IMG/VR virus record: IMGVR_UViG_3300043548_000080
Location: 1-61,523 of that record
Strand: one strand, 5' to 3'
Length of the DNA: 61,523 nt
DNA from: a virus
Taxonomy: Duplodnaviria; Caudoviricetes
Part shown: positions 26,040 to 34,313 of the stretch, piece by piece
Position numbering within the stretch: position 1 is the stretch's first letter
Layout: each line of letters starts with the position of its first letter
Notes under the pieces: model-generated
What the model saw: the letters and a program-made list of their open reading frames with translations, nothing else
Told to the model about the DNA's origin: nothing
Databases searched by the model: none
Program-made: the position numbers and the translations under genes

Positions 26040-27183
26040 GCTCTGCCCTTCTGTTAAACCCAAAACGAGGAACATCAAGCTTGGTTTCCCCAATTAGCTG
26101 TGAGGGGAACTGCCTTATCTCCTGTGCCTTGGTAGATCCCTTCAGCGTGTGAACAAAATACGGAGACACTGAGGCAACGCTGCGGTGTCCTGACAACATC
26201 ATCACGGTGAGCATGTCAGCACCATTCTCAATGGTCTCAGTGATGGCAGTGCGACGAAGGTCACGAAGTTGAAGATGCTTTGGCAGTTTAGCAGCCTCCG
26301 CTATCTTGTGGAAGAGGGCGTTGATGGTGAGCACATCATAGGCTTTCCATTCAGAGTCAACACGCCTCATCCTAGGGGCCACTAGGTGGCGACAAGGGAA
26401 GTCTGTCCATTGCTGCTGCAGCACAGAGTGAAGACCATCGGAGATGGGAAGCTTCACCGTTGCACCACGCTTGCTTTGGGTGATGGTGACCATCCTATCC
26501 TTCAGATCAATCTGAGGCCACTTCAGCTTGAGGATGTCGCTGACACGCTGTCCCCACTCATATAGGCAGTAGAACAAGATGCCAGCGTTACGCCATTCCC
26601 ACTTGGAAAAGGCAGTGTTGAGGAAAGCCATAACATGCTTGCGTTCCCACATTATCTTCCGTCCCTTGCCCTTCTTTGTACGGACATGAGAGAATGGATT
26701 AAATGTGGAATAGCCATGTCTAATACCCCAATTAAAAGCGATGCGGTAGTAGACAACAGTTTTGTGTGCCGATTCTAGAGAGCCTTCCTGTACAGCCTGT
26801 TCGTATATGCGCTGACACATTGGAACAGACAACTGCTCCACCTTTGCGTTGTGAAACTCGACACCACCAATGCGGCGGTGTGCCCAAGACATCAGTCCTT
26901 GCTTGTAGGCCAGCTTAGTGACGGTGGCTAGTGTGGTGTAGTCGCTGCTTAGCATGTAGTTGGCAATGAGACTACCAACCCTGCCTTCCTTCTTTGTTCT
27001 CTTTGCTTCGTCTCTAGATTTACGCCATTCCTCGATGCGTCCTGCTCCATTCTCTGCTGCCTTCAGCACCTCCTGTAAATCTTTGCTCCATTTGCGCTTG
27101 ACAACACCAGCCTGCACTGCTTTGTCGGGCGGGCTATAGTAGTAACCATCGCCATCAGGGCGAACATATGACGGGAAATTCAT
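26023..27183 (-). CDS. Tyrosine recombinase / integrase-family protein
   Basis: GQRVSDILKLKW (Arg I), QSKRG (Lys), LRDLRRTA, SGHRS, SPY catalytic Tyr. Confidence 0.85.
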   Translation of the reverse strand: MNFPSYVRPDGDGYYYSPPDKAVQAGVVKRKWSKDLQEVLKAAENGAGRIEEWRKSRDEAKRTKKEGRVGSLIANYMLSSDYTTLATVTKLAYKQGLMSWAHRRIGGVEFHNAKVEQLSVPMCQRIYEQAVQEGSLESAHKTVVYYRIAFNWGIRHGYSTFNPFSHVRTKKGKGRKIMWERKHVMAFLNTAFSKWEWRNAGILFYCLYEWGQRVSDILKLKWPQIDLKDRMVTITQSKRGATVKLPISDGLHSVLQQQWTDFPCRHLVAPRMRRVDSEWKAYDVLTINALFHKIAEAAKLPKHLQLRDLRRTAITETIENGADMLTVMMLSGHRSVASVSPYFVHTLKGSTKAQEIRQFPSQLIGETKLDVPRFGFNRRAEHESVD

Positions 27184-27371
27184 TTTTGAATGAACACCTT
27201 TTCATGAAGGTCGAGGTAGTTGGTTTGTCCCTGTTCGTTTTCGCAGATAGCTTCTCCTAGCTCACATCGTTTGAAAAGAAACACCTCGTCATACATGTCT
27301 TTGATGTATGAACCAGGCTTTGCTTGTGACAAAGGGATGGGTTTGTCAGAGAAAGACAGCGAGGAATGCAC
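27180..27371 (-). CDS. Hypothetical protein
   Basis: 63-aa ORF, AGGAG RBS, coupled to recombinase. Confidence 0.5.
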   Translation of the reverse strand: MHSSLSFSDKPIPLSQAKPGSYIKDMYDEVFLFKRCELGEAICENEQGQTNYLDLHEKVFIQK

Positions 27372-27413
27372 AGATTGCTCCTATGAAGAAAAGGGTGATG
27401 GCGGTGTCGTCGG

Positions 27414-27770
27414 TCATTTCATGTTCCTCCCAATCTCTGCCGCAGCCCTGACGATGGCGCGGCGCGTGGCAACAAGCCTGTCATCACCACTGCCCAGAAA
27501 CTCGACATGCAGCGGGTCGTCGTCATCCACTCGCCACACCTCAACCATCCCGAGCGGAACGTCAAAGCCGTCGTCAACAATCGGGAACTGCCGCGCATGA
27601 AGCCGCAGCCGCACCATCAGCCGCAGCGCATCGCCGTCGTCGGTGAGGGGGTTCCATTCATGAGGCCAATCTCGAAGGTCGTCTTCGCCTAGAAAAATAG
27701 TAGGCGTCCAGTCTTGCCAGCGCAGTCCCGCCGCCTTGGCAGCGAGTTCAAGTAATTCGCGGTCTGTCAT
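27414..27770 (-). CDS. Hypothetical protein, paralog of 28746-29063
   Basis: MTDRELLELAAKAAG..WNPLTDDGDALRL..ATRRAIVRAAAEIG. Confidence 0.7.
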   Translation of the reverse strand: MTDRELLELAAKAAGLRWQDWTPTIFLGEDDLRDWPHEWNPLTDDGDALRLMVRLRLHARQFPIVDDGFDVPLGMVEVWRVDDDDPLHVEFLGSGDDRLVATRRAIVRAAAEIGRNMK

Positions 27771-28051
27771 GGCTTCTCCTCCGCCTTCAAGTCCTCAATC
27801 TGTATCTCATACCCGCGAACACCCAGCTTTGTGCGCAATGAAAAGTTTTCCTGTTCCAATCTCTCTGCCATAGGGATCAACTCATCCAGTTCTTTGTTTT
27901 GGTTGAGGATGTGTTGAGTAAGACGATCCACTTCATTGTGAAGACGGCGCAGTTCGGCGGCGGCTTCTTGAATCAAGTCTGGATCAGCGCCGGTTTCGGG
28001 CACGGAATCTAGTTCATCAGCCAGACACAAGGCGGCAAGTTGTTCACTCAT
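27767..28051 (-). CDS. Hypothetical coiled-coil protein
   Basis: ALCLADEL..AAAELRRLH; ATGA overlap with next gene. Confidence 0.6.
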   Translation of the reverse strand: MSEQLAALCLADELDSVPETGADPDLIQEAAAELRRLHNEVDRLTQHILNQNKELDELIPMAERLEQENFSLRTKLGVRGYEIQIEDLKAEEKP

Positions 28052-28415
28052 GGTTATTGCTCCTCAACACCTGCTCGATGGCCTTGGCAAACCAGTTTGC
28101 AGACTGTTCTTCCGTAACCGTTCGCAGCCACAAGTCCTGTATCTCTTCCTCCGTCAGCCCTTGCCACTCGCGGCGGGGTGGGTGGGGATAGAGGGGCGTC
28201 CAGTCGCTGAAGCGGAACCCTTCGCCGTTGTTGAGATGCAAGTCTTGCCCCGGCGTCATCCACGCCACCGGCTCCTGCACCGGCTCTGCCAGCGCGGCGC
28301 GGAGTGCGTATTCGGCGTCTCTCACTGGACATGGCCCGGGAAGCCTCTGGTGCGTGGCATAGGCTTCCAACGCCTCCAGCGCCTGCTCCATCGCGGACCG
28401 TTCTAAATCATTCAT
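28044..28415 (-). CDS. Hypothetical protein (EPVAW / WQGLT-type module)
   Basis: QALEALE..LRAALAEPVQEPVAW..REWQGLTEEEI. Confidence 0.65.
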   Translation of the reverse strand: MNDLERSAMEQALEALEAYATHQRLPGPCPVRDAEYALRAALAEPVQEPVAWMTPGQDLHLNNGEGFRFSDWTPLYPHPPRREWQGLTEEEIQDLWLRTVTEEQSANWFAKAIEQVLRSNNHE

Positions 28416-28749
28416 CCTTCTTCTCCTCAATCTTTAGTAGTTTCTTCAGACGACGGATTTCAGCCTTGAGATTACGATTCTCATAGTCTGCCCAACCTGC
28501 TCGTTCCTGCATCTCCGTCATCTGCTTGGCAAAGTCACGATCACTGGGGGTAAGTTCTTCTTCAGGGTTAATGAAGAATTTACCTTGATCCCAATCAAAG
28601 CCCATTTGAGCACTCTTGACTTTAGTAAATGGTGAGCCGCCAACAGTACTGTATGGTAGTTTGATACCGATGACTACTTCTGGATCTTCACCAGATCGCA
28701 TGAATTCAATATGACGATCAATGTATTTTTTCAATTCACTTAGTTTCAT
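28408..28749 (-). CDS. Hypothetical protein
   Basis: 113 aa, AT-richer than neighbours; GFDWDQGK. Confidence 0.65.
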   Translation of the reverse strand: MKLSELKKYIDRHIEFMRSGEDPEVVIGIKLPYSTVGGSPFTKVKSAQMGFDWDQGKFFINPEEELTPSDRDFAKQMTEMQERAGWADYENRNLKAEIRRLKKLLKIEEKKDE

Positions 28750-29063
28750 ACCATAGCCTTTCCAATTTCTGCTGCTGCCCTGACGATGGCGCGGCGGGTG
28801 GCGGCGAGGGGGTCGCCTTCATACTTCAATTCGTCATAGCCAGCACCTGGAGTACCAACTCCAATTGCATCGACAAAAACTGAAATGTGCAGGCTCAACT
28901 TCACCGCCAGTTCCAGCGCCTGCCCGGAGTCGGTGAGTGGGTCAAACGAGTGATACGTTTTGCCCTGGTAGTACATCGGCTGCCACTTGTCAGGCGGTCC
29001 GTCCCATTCAAGCCGTATCCCCGCCGCCTTCGCAGCGAGTTCAAGGTATTCGCGGTCACTCAT
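28746..29063 (-). CDS. Hypothetical protein, paralog of 27414-27770
   Basis: MSDREYLELAAKAAG..FDPLTDSGQALEL..ATRRAIVRAAAEIG. Confidence 0.7.
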   Translation of the reverse strand: MSDREYLELAAKAAGIRLEWDGPPDKWQPMYYQGKTYHSFDPLTDSGQALELAVKLSLHISVFVDAIGVGTPGAGYDELKYEGDPLAATRRAIVRAAAEIGKAMV

Positions 29064-29644
29064 GTGTTCTCCTCTGCTGCCTGGATAGCGTCAATGCTTT
29101 TCTGGATCGGACGCGTTTGCTCTTGGTGATATTTCAACGCCTCCAGCAGCGCATCGCGCTGGGCGGTCAGCGTCGCCACCGGCTCGACCTGCTGCGCTGG
29201 CTCCACCAGTTCGCCAGCCCGAATGCTCGCGCCGATGTCCACTGGGCCGAATGTGTCCAGTTGATGGGTGACGCAGCCGTCCCACTGCGCAGCGATGCGT
29301 TCGCGCTCTGCGACAGCCACCGGCTCATCCTGCTGCGCCAGGGCGGCGCGGAGTCGATGAATCTCAGCCATGTGCTCGCGCAGAGACTCCTGCGTTGCTT
29401 CCAACAGAGACCAATCGCGCTCATCCTGCTGCGCCAGCGCGACGCGGAGGTTCATCTTTTCCTTCTCTTTGCGCCAGTATTTTTTGCGTTCAGCTAGCCA
29501 TGCAGAGGCTTCCTCTTCTTGTCTCAACGCAGCGCGGAGGTCGTCATGTAGCACCGCTCTTGCTGCCTCAAAATCACGTATGGTTGCAAAATCGCGCATA
29601 GTGAACGCAAGAGCCTGCTGGGCGGCGGTTTGTAGTGTTGTCAT
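29060..29644 (-). CDS. Hypothetical modular protein
   Basis: 194 aa with repeated LRxALAQQDE / EPVA segments. Confidence 0.6.
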   Translation of the reverse strand: MTTLQTAAQQALAFTMRDFATIRDFEAARAVLHDDLRAALRQEEEASAWLAERKKYWRKEKEKMNLRVALAQQDERDWSLLEATQESLREHMAEIHRLRAALAQQDEPVAVAERERIAAQWDGCVTHQLDTFGPVDIGASIRAGELVEPAQQVEPVATLTAQRDALLEALKYHQEQTRPIQKSIDAIQAAEENT

Positions 29645-29645
29645 T

Positions 29646-29843
29646 TCAATCCTCCAACCACATCAAAATGTCTTCGTCGTCAATCAGCAGGTTTCCATGC
29701 TGTCGTTCAACGTCGAAGCAGTTGTTACAAACAATCATGTGCTTCACACATTTATGTCCATACCTATCGTAGCTTCCGACAGATATAGATACACCTTTGT
29801 CATCCTTGCTAGCTTGATGACCACAACTAAACACTGTTGACAT
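29646..29843 (-). CDS. Hypothetical Cys-containing protein
   Basis: CGH..CNNC. Confidence 0.5.
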   Translation of the reverse strand: MSTVFSCGHQASKDDKGVSISVGSYDRYGHKCVKHMIVCNNCFDVERQHGNLLIDDEDILMWLED

Positions 29844-29844
29844 G

Positions 29845-30048
29845 TTAGTGACTTAGGTTAATGGCATCACCAGCAAGGGAAGCCATGTTTCGGATGACGT
29901 TAATTAAATAGCGTTCGTAGTTTGTGACAGGTGTAGGCAGTGTGGTTTCACCCGCTACACGAATGTAATGAAGGGTTTGTTTAAGTTCGTCATTTTCTTT
30001 CTTTAGACTGCTGATGTTTGCGTGGAGGATAGGGATGATGTCGTTCAT
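29845..30048 (-). CDS. Hypothetical protein
   Basis: 67-aa ORF with ATGA overlap. Confidence 0.5.
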   Translation of the reverse strand: MNDIIPILHANISSLKKENDELKQTLHYIRVAGETTLPTPVTNYERYLINVIRNMASLAGDAINLSH

Positions 30049-30593
30049 GGCTTGACATTGAAGTTGAAGGCAATGAGTTGGCAGAAGAGTCTGTATTGCT
30101 CCAAGGCTTCTTGGTTATCCTTGTGGGTGGTTTCAATGGCCTTGCTGAACTCATGGACAGTGCCGCTGAAGCATCCACAGTTGACACGAACACCTATTTT
30201 CTTGTCTCGGTGTGCCGTAGTGAAGCGTCCTGATGATTTTGCTGGACCTATGACCAGATAGTCGGAGGTTTTCGTAATAACAGCATCACCGTAGACCATA
30301 GCATTGCCGTAGACCCAAGCATCACCGTAGACTATAGCATTGCCGTAGACCCGAGCATTGCCGTAGACCCGAGCATTGCCGTAGACCCGAGCATTGCCGG
30401 AGACCATAGCATTGCCGGAGACCATAGCATTGCTGTAGACCATAGCATTGCCGGAGACCATAGCATTGCCGGAGACCATAGCATTGCTGTAGACCCGAGC
30501 ATTGTCGGAGACCATAGCATCGCCGTAGACCAAAGCATCGCCGGAGACCCGAGCATCACCGGAGACCCGAGCATTGTCAAAAACATTCTTCAT
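30045..30593 (-). CDS. Hexapeptide-repeat (left-handed beta-helix) protein
   Basis: (G/S)(N/D)A(R/M)V(S/Y) repeats followed by IGP..SGRFTTA..VNCGCFSG. Confidence 0.8.
   Translation of the reverse strand: MKNVFDNARVSGDARVSGDALVYGDAMVSDNARVYSNAMVSGNAMVSGNAMVYSNAMVSGNAMVSGNARVYGNARVYGNARVYGNAIVYGDAWVYGNAMVYGDAVITKTSDYLVIGPAKSSGRFTTAHRDKKIGVRVNCGCFSGTVHEFSKAIETTHKDNQEALEQYRLFCQLIAFNFNVKP
30284..30580. repeat. Tandem 18-bp repeat, about 16 degenerate units (GCATTGCCGTAGACCCGA-type)
   Basis: Direct reading of the sequence; encodes the hexapeptide repeats. Confidence 0.9.
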
Positions 30594-30594
30594 T

Positions 30595-31428
30595 TCACAC
30601 CACCAGATCAAATAGTTGTTGATTGACGCGAACATGCTCCTGTATGCTGGCAATGGGCCGTGCCTTGCGTTCCCCTTGCCCCTTGTCGGTGAAGCTTTGC
30701 ACCATCACATGACCACGCACAACATTCTCTTGAATGCGATTGAGCACAGTCCAGGCATCATAGGTGTCATCTTCTTGACGCTGGCAGGACAAAGCATTCT
30801 GCACGGTCTTTGCCGTTGCATAGGTTCCCTTGGGTGTTTCATCAGGCACATAGGCACCTTCGAGGAAGTCCCAGCGTAGCTGCACAGCCTTCTTCGCTAG
30901 TGCTGCTGCTTCGTCATAGTCCATTGTCCGTTGACGCAAAGCTTCGATGGCGTCCATCATCTTAGGCAGACCAGCAATGATGTTTTGTAGCATTCCTTCA
31001 AAGCCCGACATAGCCTTGTGGGTATGCCGCAGGTTGGCGCTGAATCCATCGCCAGCGATGATGCCGTTGGAGCAGATGAAGCGATAGGCACCAGCGAAAA
31101 GTTTGACGCCGCTGGTGCCGTCATGGCTGTTATAGGCGATGATTTCGCTACGCAGACCACCATCACCATCAGCATCCTTCGCAAACGCCACCATATGCGC
31201 TGCATGGCGCTGCTCGCCCTTGCGGGCACGTTTCTGCGCTGCTTGGACAGGGTGGTAGCCGTAGTCGGCCAACACTGGCAGCAGGTCGCTGGTGTTCAAC
31301 GCATGATAGCGGCTGGTGAGTCTTTCGGCCTTGTCTTCAGCGTAGACGCTGGGAGCACGACGCAGGATGTCGTCAGAGGTGAGAATGCCGTTGTCGGCGC
31401 GGCGGGAGAAGATGAGATTTTGCTTCAT
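30595..31428 (-). CDS. DUF932/DUF945-family protein
   Basis: NSHDGTS..GAYRFICSNGII..RHT; WTVLNRIQEN. Confidence 0.8.
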   Translation of the reverse strand: MKQNLIFSRRADNGILTSDDILRRAPSVYAEDKAERLTSRYHALNTSDLLPVLADYGYHPVQAAQKRARKGEQRHAAHMVAFAKDADGDGGLRSEIIAYNSHDGTSGVKLFAGAYRFICSNGIIAGDGFSANLRHTHKAMSGFEGMLQNIIAGLPKMMDAIEALRQRTMDYDEAAALAKKAVQLRWDFLEGAYVPDETPKGTYATAKTVQNALSCQRQEDDTYDAWTVLNRIQENVVRGHVMVQSFTDKGQGERKARPIASIQEHVRVNQQLFDLVV

Positions 31429-31658
31429 GACAGACCCTTTTGTGCTTGAGCACGCTTGTAGAAAACAATGACATTGTCTTCCTTAGAAGACACTTCGATG
31501 ATGTCGGGATGCAGCAGCAGCCCATTGATGTGCATGTACAGCATCACCCCAGCTACACTGCCAAACTCCTTAGACCACTGATGGCCGTTGGAGAACGTCC
31601 AAGTTAGAGTATGCATCAGATGATCCCCATCACCATCAGACCAAGGGCGGCTATACAC
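31425..31658 (-). CDS. Hypothetical protein (start uncertain)
   Basis: ORF with ATGA overlap to DUF932 gene. Confidence 0.45.
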   Translation of the reverse strand: MYSRPWSDGDGDHLMHTLTWTFSNGHQWSKEFGSVAGVMLYMHINGLLLHPDIIEVSSKEDNVIVFYKRAQAQKGLS

Positions 31659-31679
31659 ACTGCCAGCAACAAGGCATCA

Positions 31680-31850
31680 TCAATGTGCATACATTACCCC
31701 CATCAGGAGAATGACACCCATGATTGCGGCATAGGCCAGCAGATTAGCCGCCACCGCCTGGGCTCGTTTTGTCATGTAGACGCTGCCGCCAATGCCGCCA
31801 ACGCTCCAGAAAATCATTCTGCCGTTTCGTTTGAGTTTCATTTCTGTCAT
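31680..31850 (-). CDS. Small membrane protein (56 aa)
   Basis: MTEMKLKRNGRMIFWSVGG..LLAYAAIMGVILLMGVMYAH; AAGG upstream. Confidence 0.45.
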   Translation of the reverse strand: MTEMKLKRNGRMIFWSVGGIGGSVYMTKRAQAVAANLLAYAAIMGVILLMGVMYAH

Positions 31851-31928
31851 CCTTGCTAATGGGGAGAAGAGGTTTTCGTTGCCTGATGGAGAGGGTGAAT
31901 AGTGTGTGTCTTGCTATGCTTCCCTCCG

Positions 31929-31973
31929 GTGTTGCGATGAAGAAAGTATCTCCGATGTTGTGACGCTGGTCTA
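31929..31973 (-). promoter_or_regulatory. Putative early promoter
   Basis: TAGACC-17-GATACT followed 5 nt later by CATCGCAACAC (also at 33763-33773). Confidence 0.5.
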
Positions 31974-31987
31974 ATTGATTGTTTCAA

Positions 31988-32350
31988 TCAGAGCCAAGAC
32001 GCTGATAGCACCTGCCTATGCTGCAGGAAGACAACGTCAGCAGCATGGATGGGAGCATCGTCAGGCTTCGTCACGAAGGTGTCTGCCTTGTAGGGGTTGT
32101 ATGCGACAGGCACAAGGTGGACAACCCTAGCTAGGCTGGAAGGTTCGACGATGGTGCCGACGACACCAGCGTGGACGTTTTTGCGCCGCTCCTTCAGCAC
32201 TCGCTGACGTCCTGCTTCCGACACTTTGAAAATGCAGGAAGACAGGACAATGTTGTCAGTATGCTGAATGACACGCCCCTTCATTGGGCCTTCGAGAGCC
32301 TTCACAGACCAGCACTTGCGATGGAGGTTGAAGTAGACGAATACTTTCAC
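31988..32350 (-). CDS. Conserved phage hypothetical protein
   Basis: VFVYFNLHRKCWSV..VSEAGRQRVLKERRKNVHA..YNPYK. Confidence 0.75.
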   Translation of the reverse strand: MKVFVYFNLHRKCWSVKALEGPMKGRVIQHTDNIVLSSCIFKVSEAGRQRVLKERRKNVHAGVVGTIVEPSSLARVVHLVPVAYNPYKADTFVTKPDDAPIHAADVVFLQHRQVLSASWL

Positions 32351-32553
32351 TTTGCACTCCCTTTCTTGACAATCGACAAACCCAGCAACCTATCCCTGCA
32401 GGCATCAATTTCTGCCCACAGTTTCTGAGCATAGGGGTCAGTGTATTCGTACTGCCCGAGTCTCAGTGTGTAGTGGCAGTCGGAAATAGCATGGTGTAGT
32501 TGTTGCCGGTTATACCGGGACACCTTCAGCGTCAGGGTTTCTTTGTCAATCAT
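32347..32553 (-). CDS. Hypothetical protein
   Basis: MIDKETLTLK..YAQKLWAEIDACRD. Confidence 0.55.
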   Translation of the reverse strand: MIDKETLTLKVSRYNRQQLHHAISDCHYTLRLGQYEYTDPYAQKLWAEIDACRDRLLGLSIVKKGSAK

Positions 32554-32726
32554 TGCTTGCACTCCACGATGGCGTTAAGTGTAGACCCTGTCCAGTAGGA
32601 TTGCATCAGGGTATACCCGCATGCATCAAGATGGTTCTTCAATGCAAGGGCAGCATTGTCGGTTTTGAATTCGATACTGCCGACTACGTCAGCATCGGAC
32701 TCGATGAGGATGATGAGATATTGCAT
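32550..32726 (-). CDS. Hypothetical protein (58 aa)
   Basis: MQYLIILIESDAD...; GGAG RBS; ATGA overlap. Confidence 0.5.
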   Translation of the reverse strand: MQYLIILIESDADVVGSIEFKTDNAALALKNHLDACGYTLMQSYWTGSTLNAIVECKQ

Positions 32727-32747
32727 GGTGTTTCTCCGTTGACGTTA

Positions 32748-32990
32748 TCAAACATCATACCTATGTTGCACGATGACAATTGCTTTATTGTCATGCAACG
32801 GGTCCAGCAACACCCTGCAATGATGGCAATAGTATGACCCTGCGCCATTGCCATGAGAATAGAATTTGTTCATTGCATCACAGAAGACACTATCGTAATC
32901 CACTGAGTCTTCATTGGAATACACCTGATAATAGGTGTCATTACCATCGACACCCAATTCGATGTTACCGATTTTGATATATTGCAGCAT
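32748..32990 (-). CDS. Hypothetical protein
   Basis: 80 aa; GAGGA RBS. Confidence 0.55.
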   Translation of the reverse strand: MLQYIKIGNIELGVDGNDTYYQVYSNEDSVDYDSVFCDAMNKFYSHGNGAGSYYCHHCRVLLDPLHDNKAIVIVQHRYDV

Positions 32991-33087
32991 GATGGTGTTT
33001 CCTCGGTTGACGTTGACAGAATTTATTCTAATGACCCAGCATAGTCCAGACCATTAGGACAAACCCTATGTCGGGTTTGTACTAGGA

Positions 33088-33729
33088 TTAGTGTTTGTTG
33101 ATCTTGATAACACGCATCATTTTCTTCCCGTGGGCAGGGTAGGCGATGACGGGAATGGTTTTGTCATAGCAGGCACGGCATCCATTGCATTTACCATCAT
33201 GCTCATAGGCACGGCACAGGACGGCACCATCAGGCACGTTAGAGGCATCAGGGATGATGGTGCTGCCGTGTCTGGCATCGAAGGTGCCATCAATGCTATC
33301 GGAAGAGAATCGCACCATGACATTGGGCAGAGCCTGCATACGATGAATGACGCTAGCAAACTTAGGAAACTTCATCATGCGAGTAGGCAACCAATGTTTC
33401 ACCCACGTCGTGGCTTGCATAACTTGCAGCATTTTCTCTGCAAGCCCAATGGCATACATGTCACCGCTATCGAACCAACGGAAATACCTTGCGCTATCAA
33501 GCGCAACAACCATATCGGAAACCCATTCATCCCTTTCCCAATCAACGCGATTAGCAAGCCTAGGTGCTTTGACATTGGGGTAATTGTAATTACCCGTGGT
33601 GGCGTAGCAACCCGAGCATGCAGGCACCAGAGAACCATCGAGATTGACACTACCGGGACAAGTGTCCAAAGCCTGCAGGGACCACGACAAGATACCGTCC
33701 AGCTTAGATGTCTTTGAAAGCTTGAGCAT
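33088..33729 (-). CDS. GP88-family (radical-SAM-like) phage protein
   Basis: TCPGS..ACSGCYA, YFRWFDSGD, HWLPTR, C..CNGCRACY. Confidence 0.7.
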   Translation of the reverse strand: MLKLSKTSKLDGILSWSLQALDTCPGSVNLDGSLVPACSGCYATTGNYNYPNVKAPRLANRVDWERDEWVSDMVVALDSARYFRWFDSGDMYAIGLAEKMLQVMQATTWVKHWLPTRMMKFPKFASVIHRMQALPNVMVRFSSDSIDGTFDARHGSTIIPDASNVPDGAVLCRAYEHDGKCNGCRACYDKTIPVIAYPAHGKKMMRVIKINKH

Positions 33730-33762
33730 GACGTTTTCCTTTCCTGCCGTTGTCGGCGTGTT

Positions 33763-33808
33763 GTGTTGCGATGGAGTTATTTAAGCACGGCTAATAAATC
33801 CGAGTAAA
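33763..33808 (-). promoter_or_regulatory. Putative first early promoter
   Basis: TTTACT-18-TTAAAT followed 5 nt later by CATCGCAACAC. Confidence 0.45.
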
Positions 33809-34214
33809 GCGTAGGGTTTTCCTGGCGCATGTGCGTGTGTGTGTGCGTAGGCGCGTGTGCGTGTGCGGGCGCACACGTTGACGTAATGACGGTGCGTAAG
33901 CAAAGACTGTGCCAGATCTGTTGGGGTAAACCCTCGAAAACGCGCAGGAGCTCCTAAGTAAATTTTTGAAGGGCAAGGTAAGGGCTAGGGGTGAAAAACG
34001 ATCCTGTGCTGTTTAAACGCGTTTTAGCGGCATCGGGTTTACCCTGATGAATTGATGTTGCGGTGCAGCATGGCATGGTTGTTGCTAGGCCAGGCTAAAT
34101 AAGCAACGGCTTATATAAGGAAATGCTTATGTGTCCTGGCTTGCGCGTATGTGCGCGTATGTGTGTGCGCTGGCGCAGGCCGGTGAAGGTTGTTGCATAC
34201 ACAGACTCAAGGGT

Positions 34215-34245
34215 TGTGGATAACCTGTGGATAACCTGTGGATAA
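34215..34245. promoter_or_regulatory. Three tandem perfect DnaA boxes
   Basis: TGTGGATAA at 34215, 34226 and 34237 (reverse complement of TTATCCACA), 11-bp period. Confidence 0.8.
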
Positions 34246-34300
34246 CTTTTAACCTGACCCCATTTTTTTCGATTCTGAGTCTATGTTGCAGATACTGCTC

Positions 34301-34313
34301 TAAGTCGTTGATT
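34301..34313 (-). promoter_or_regulatory. IHF consensus site
   Basis: AATCAACGACTTA matches WATCAANNNNTTR. Confidence 0.6.

Noticed and set aside
30284-30580. CRISPR array
   Set aside because: Contiguous 18-bp coding repeats with no unique spacers; no cas genes
21808-33729. Assignment to T7-like phages with a single-subunit RNA polymerase, or to a named genus
   Set aside because: No RNAP-sized ORF or motifs; taxonomy and host cannot be fixed without database comparison
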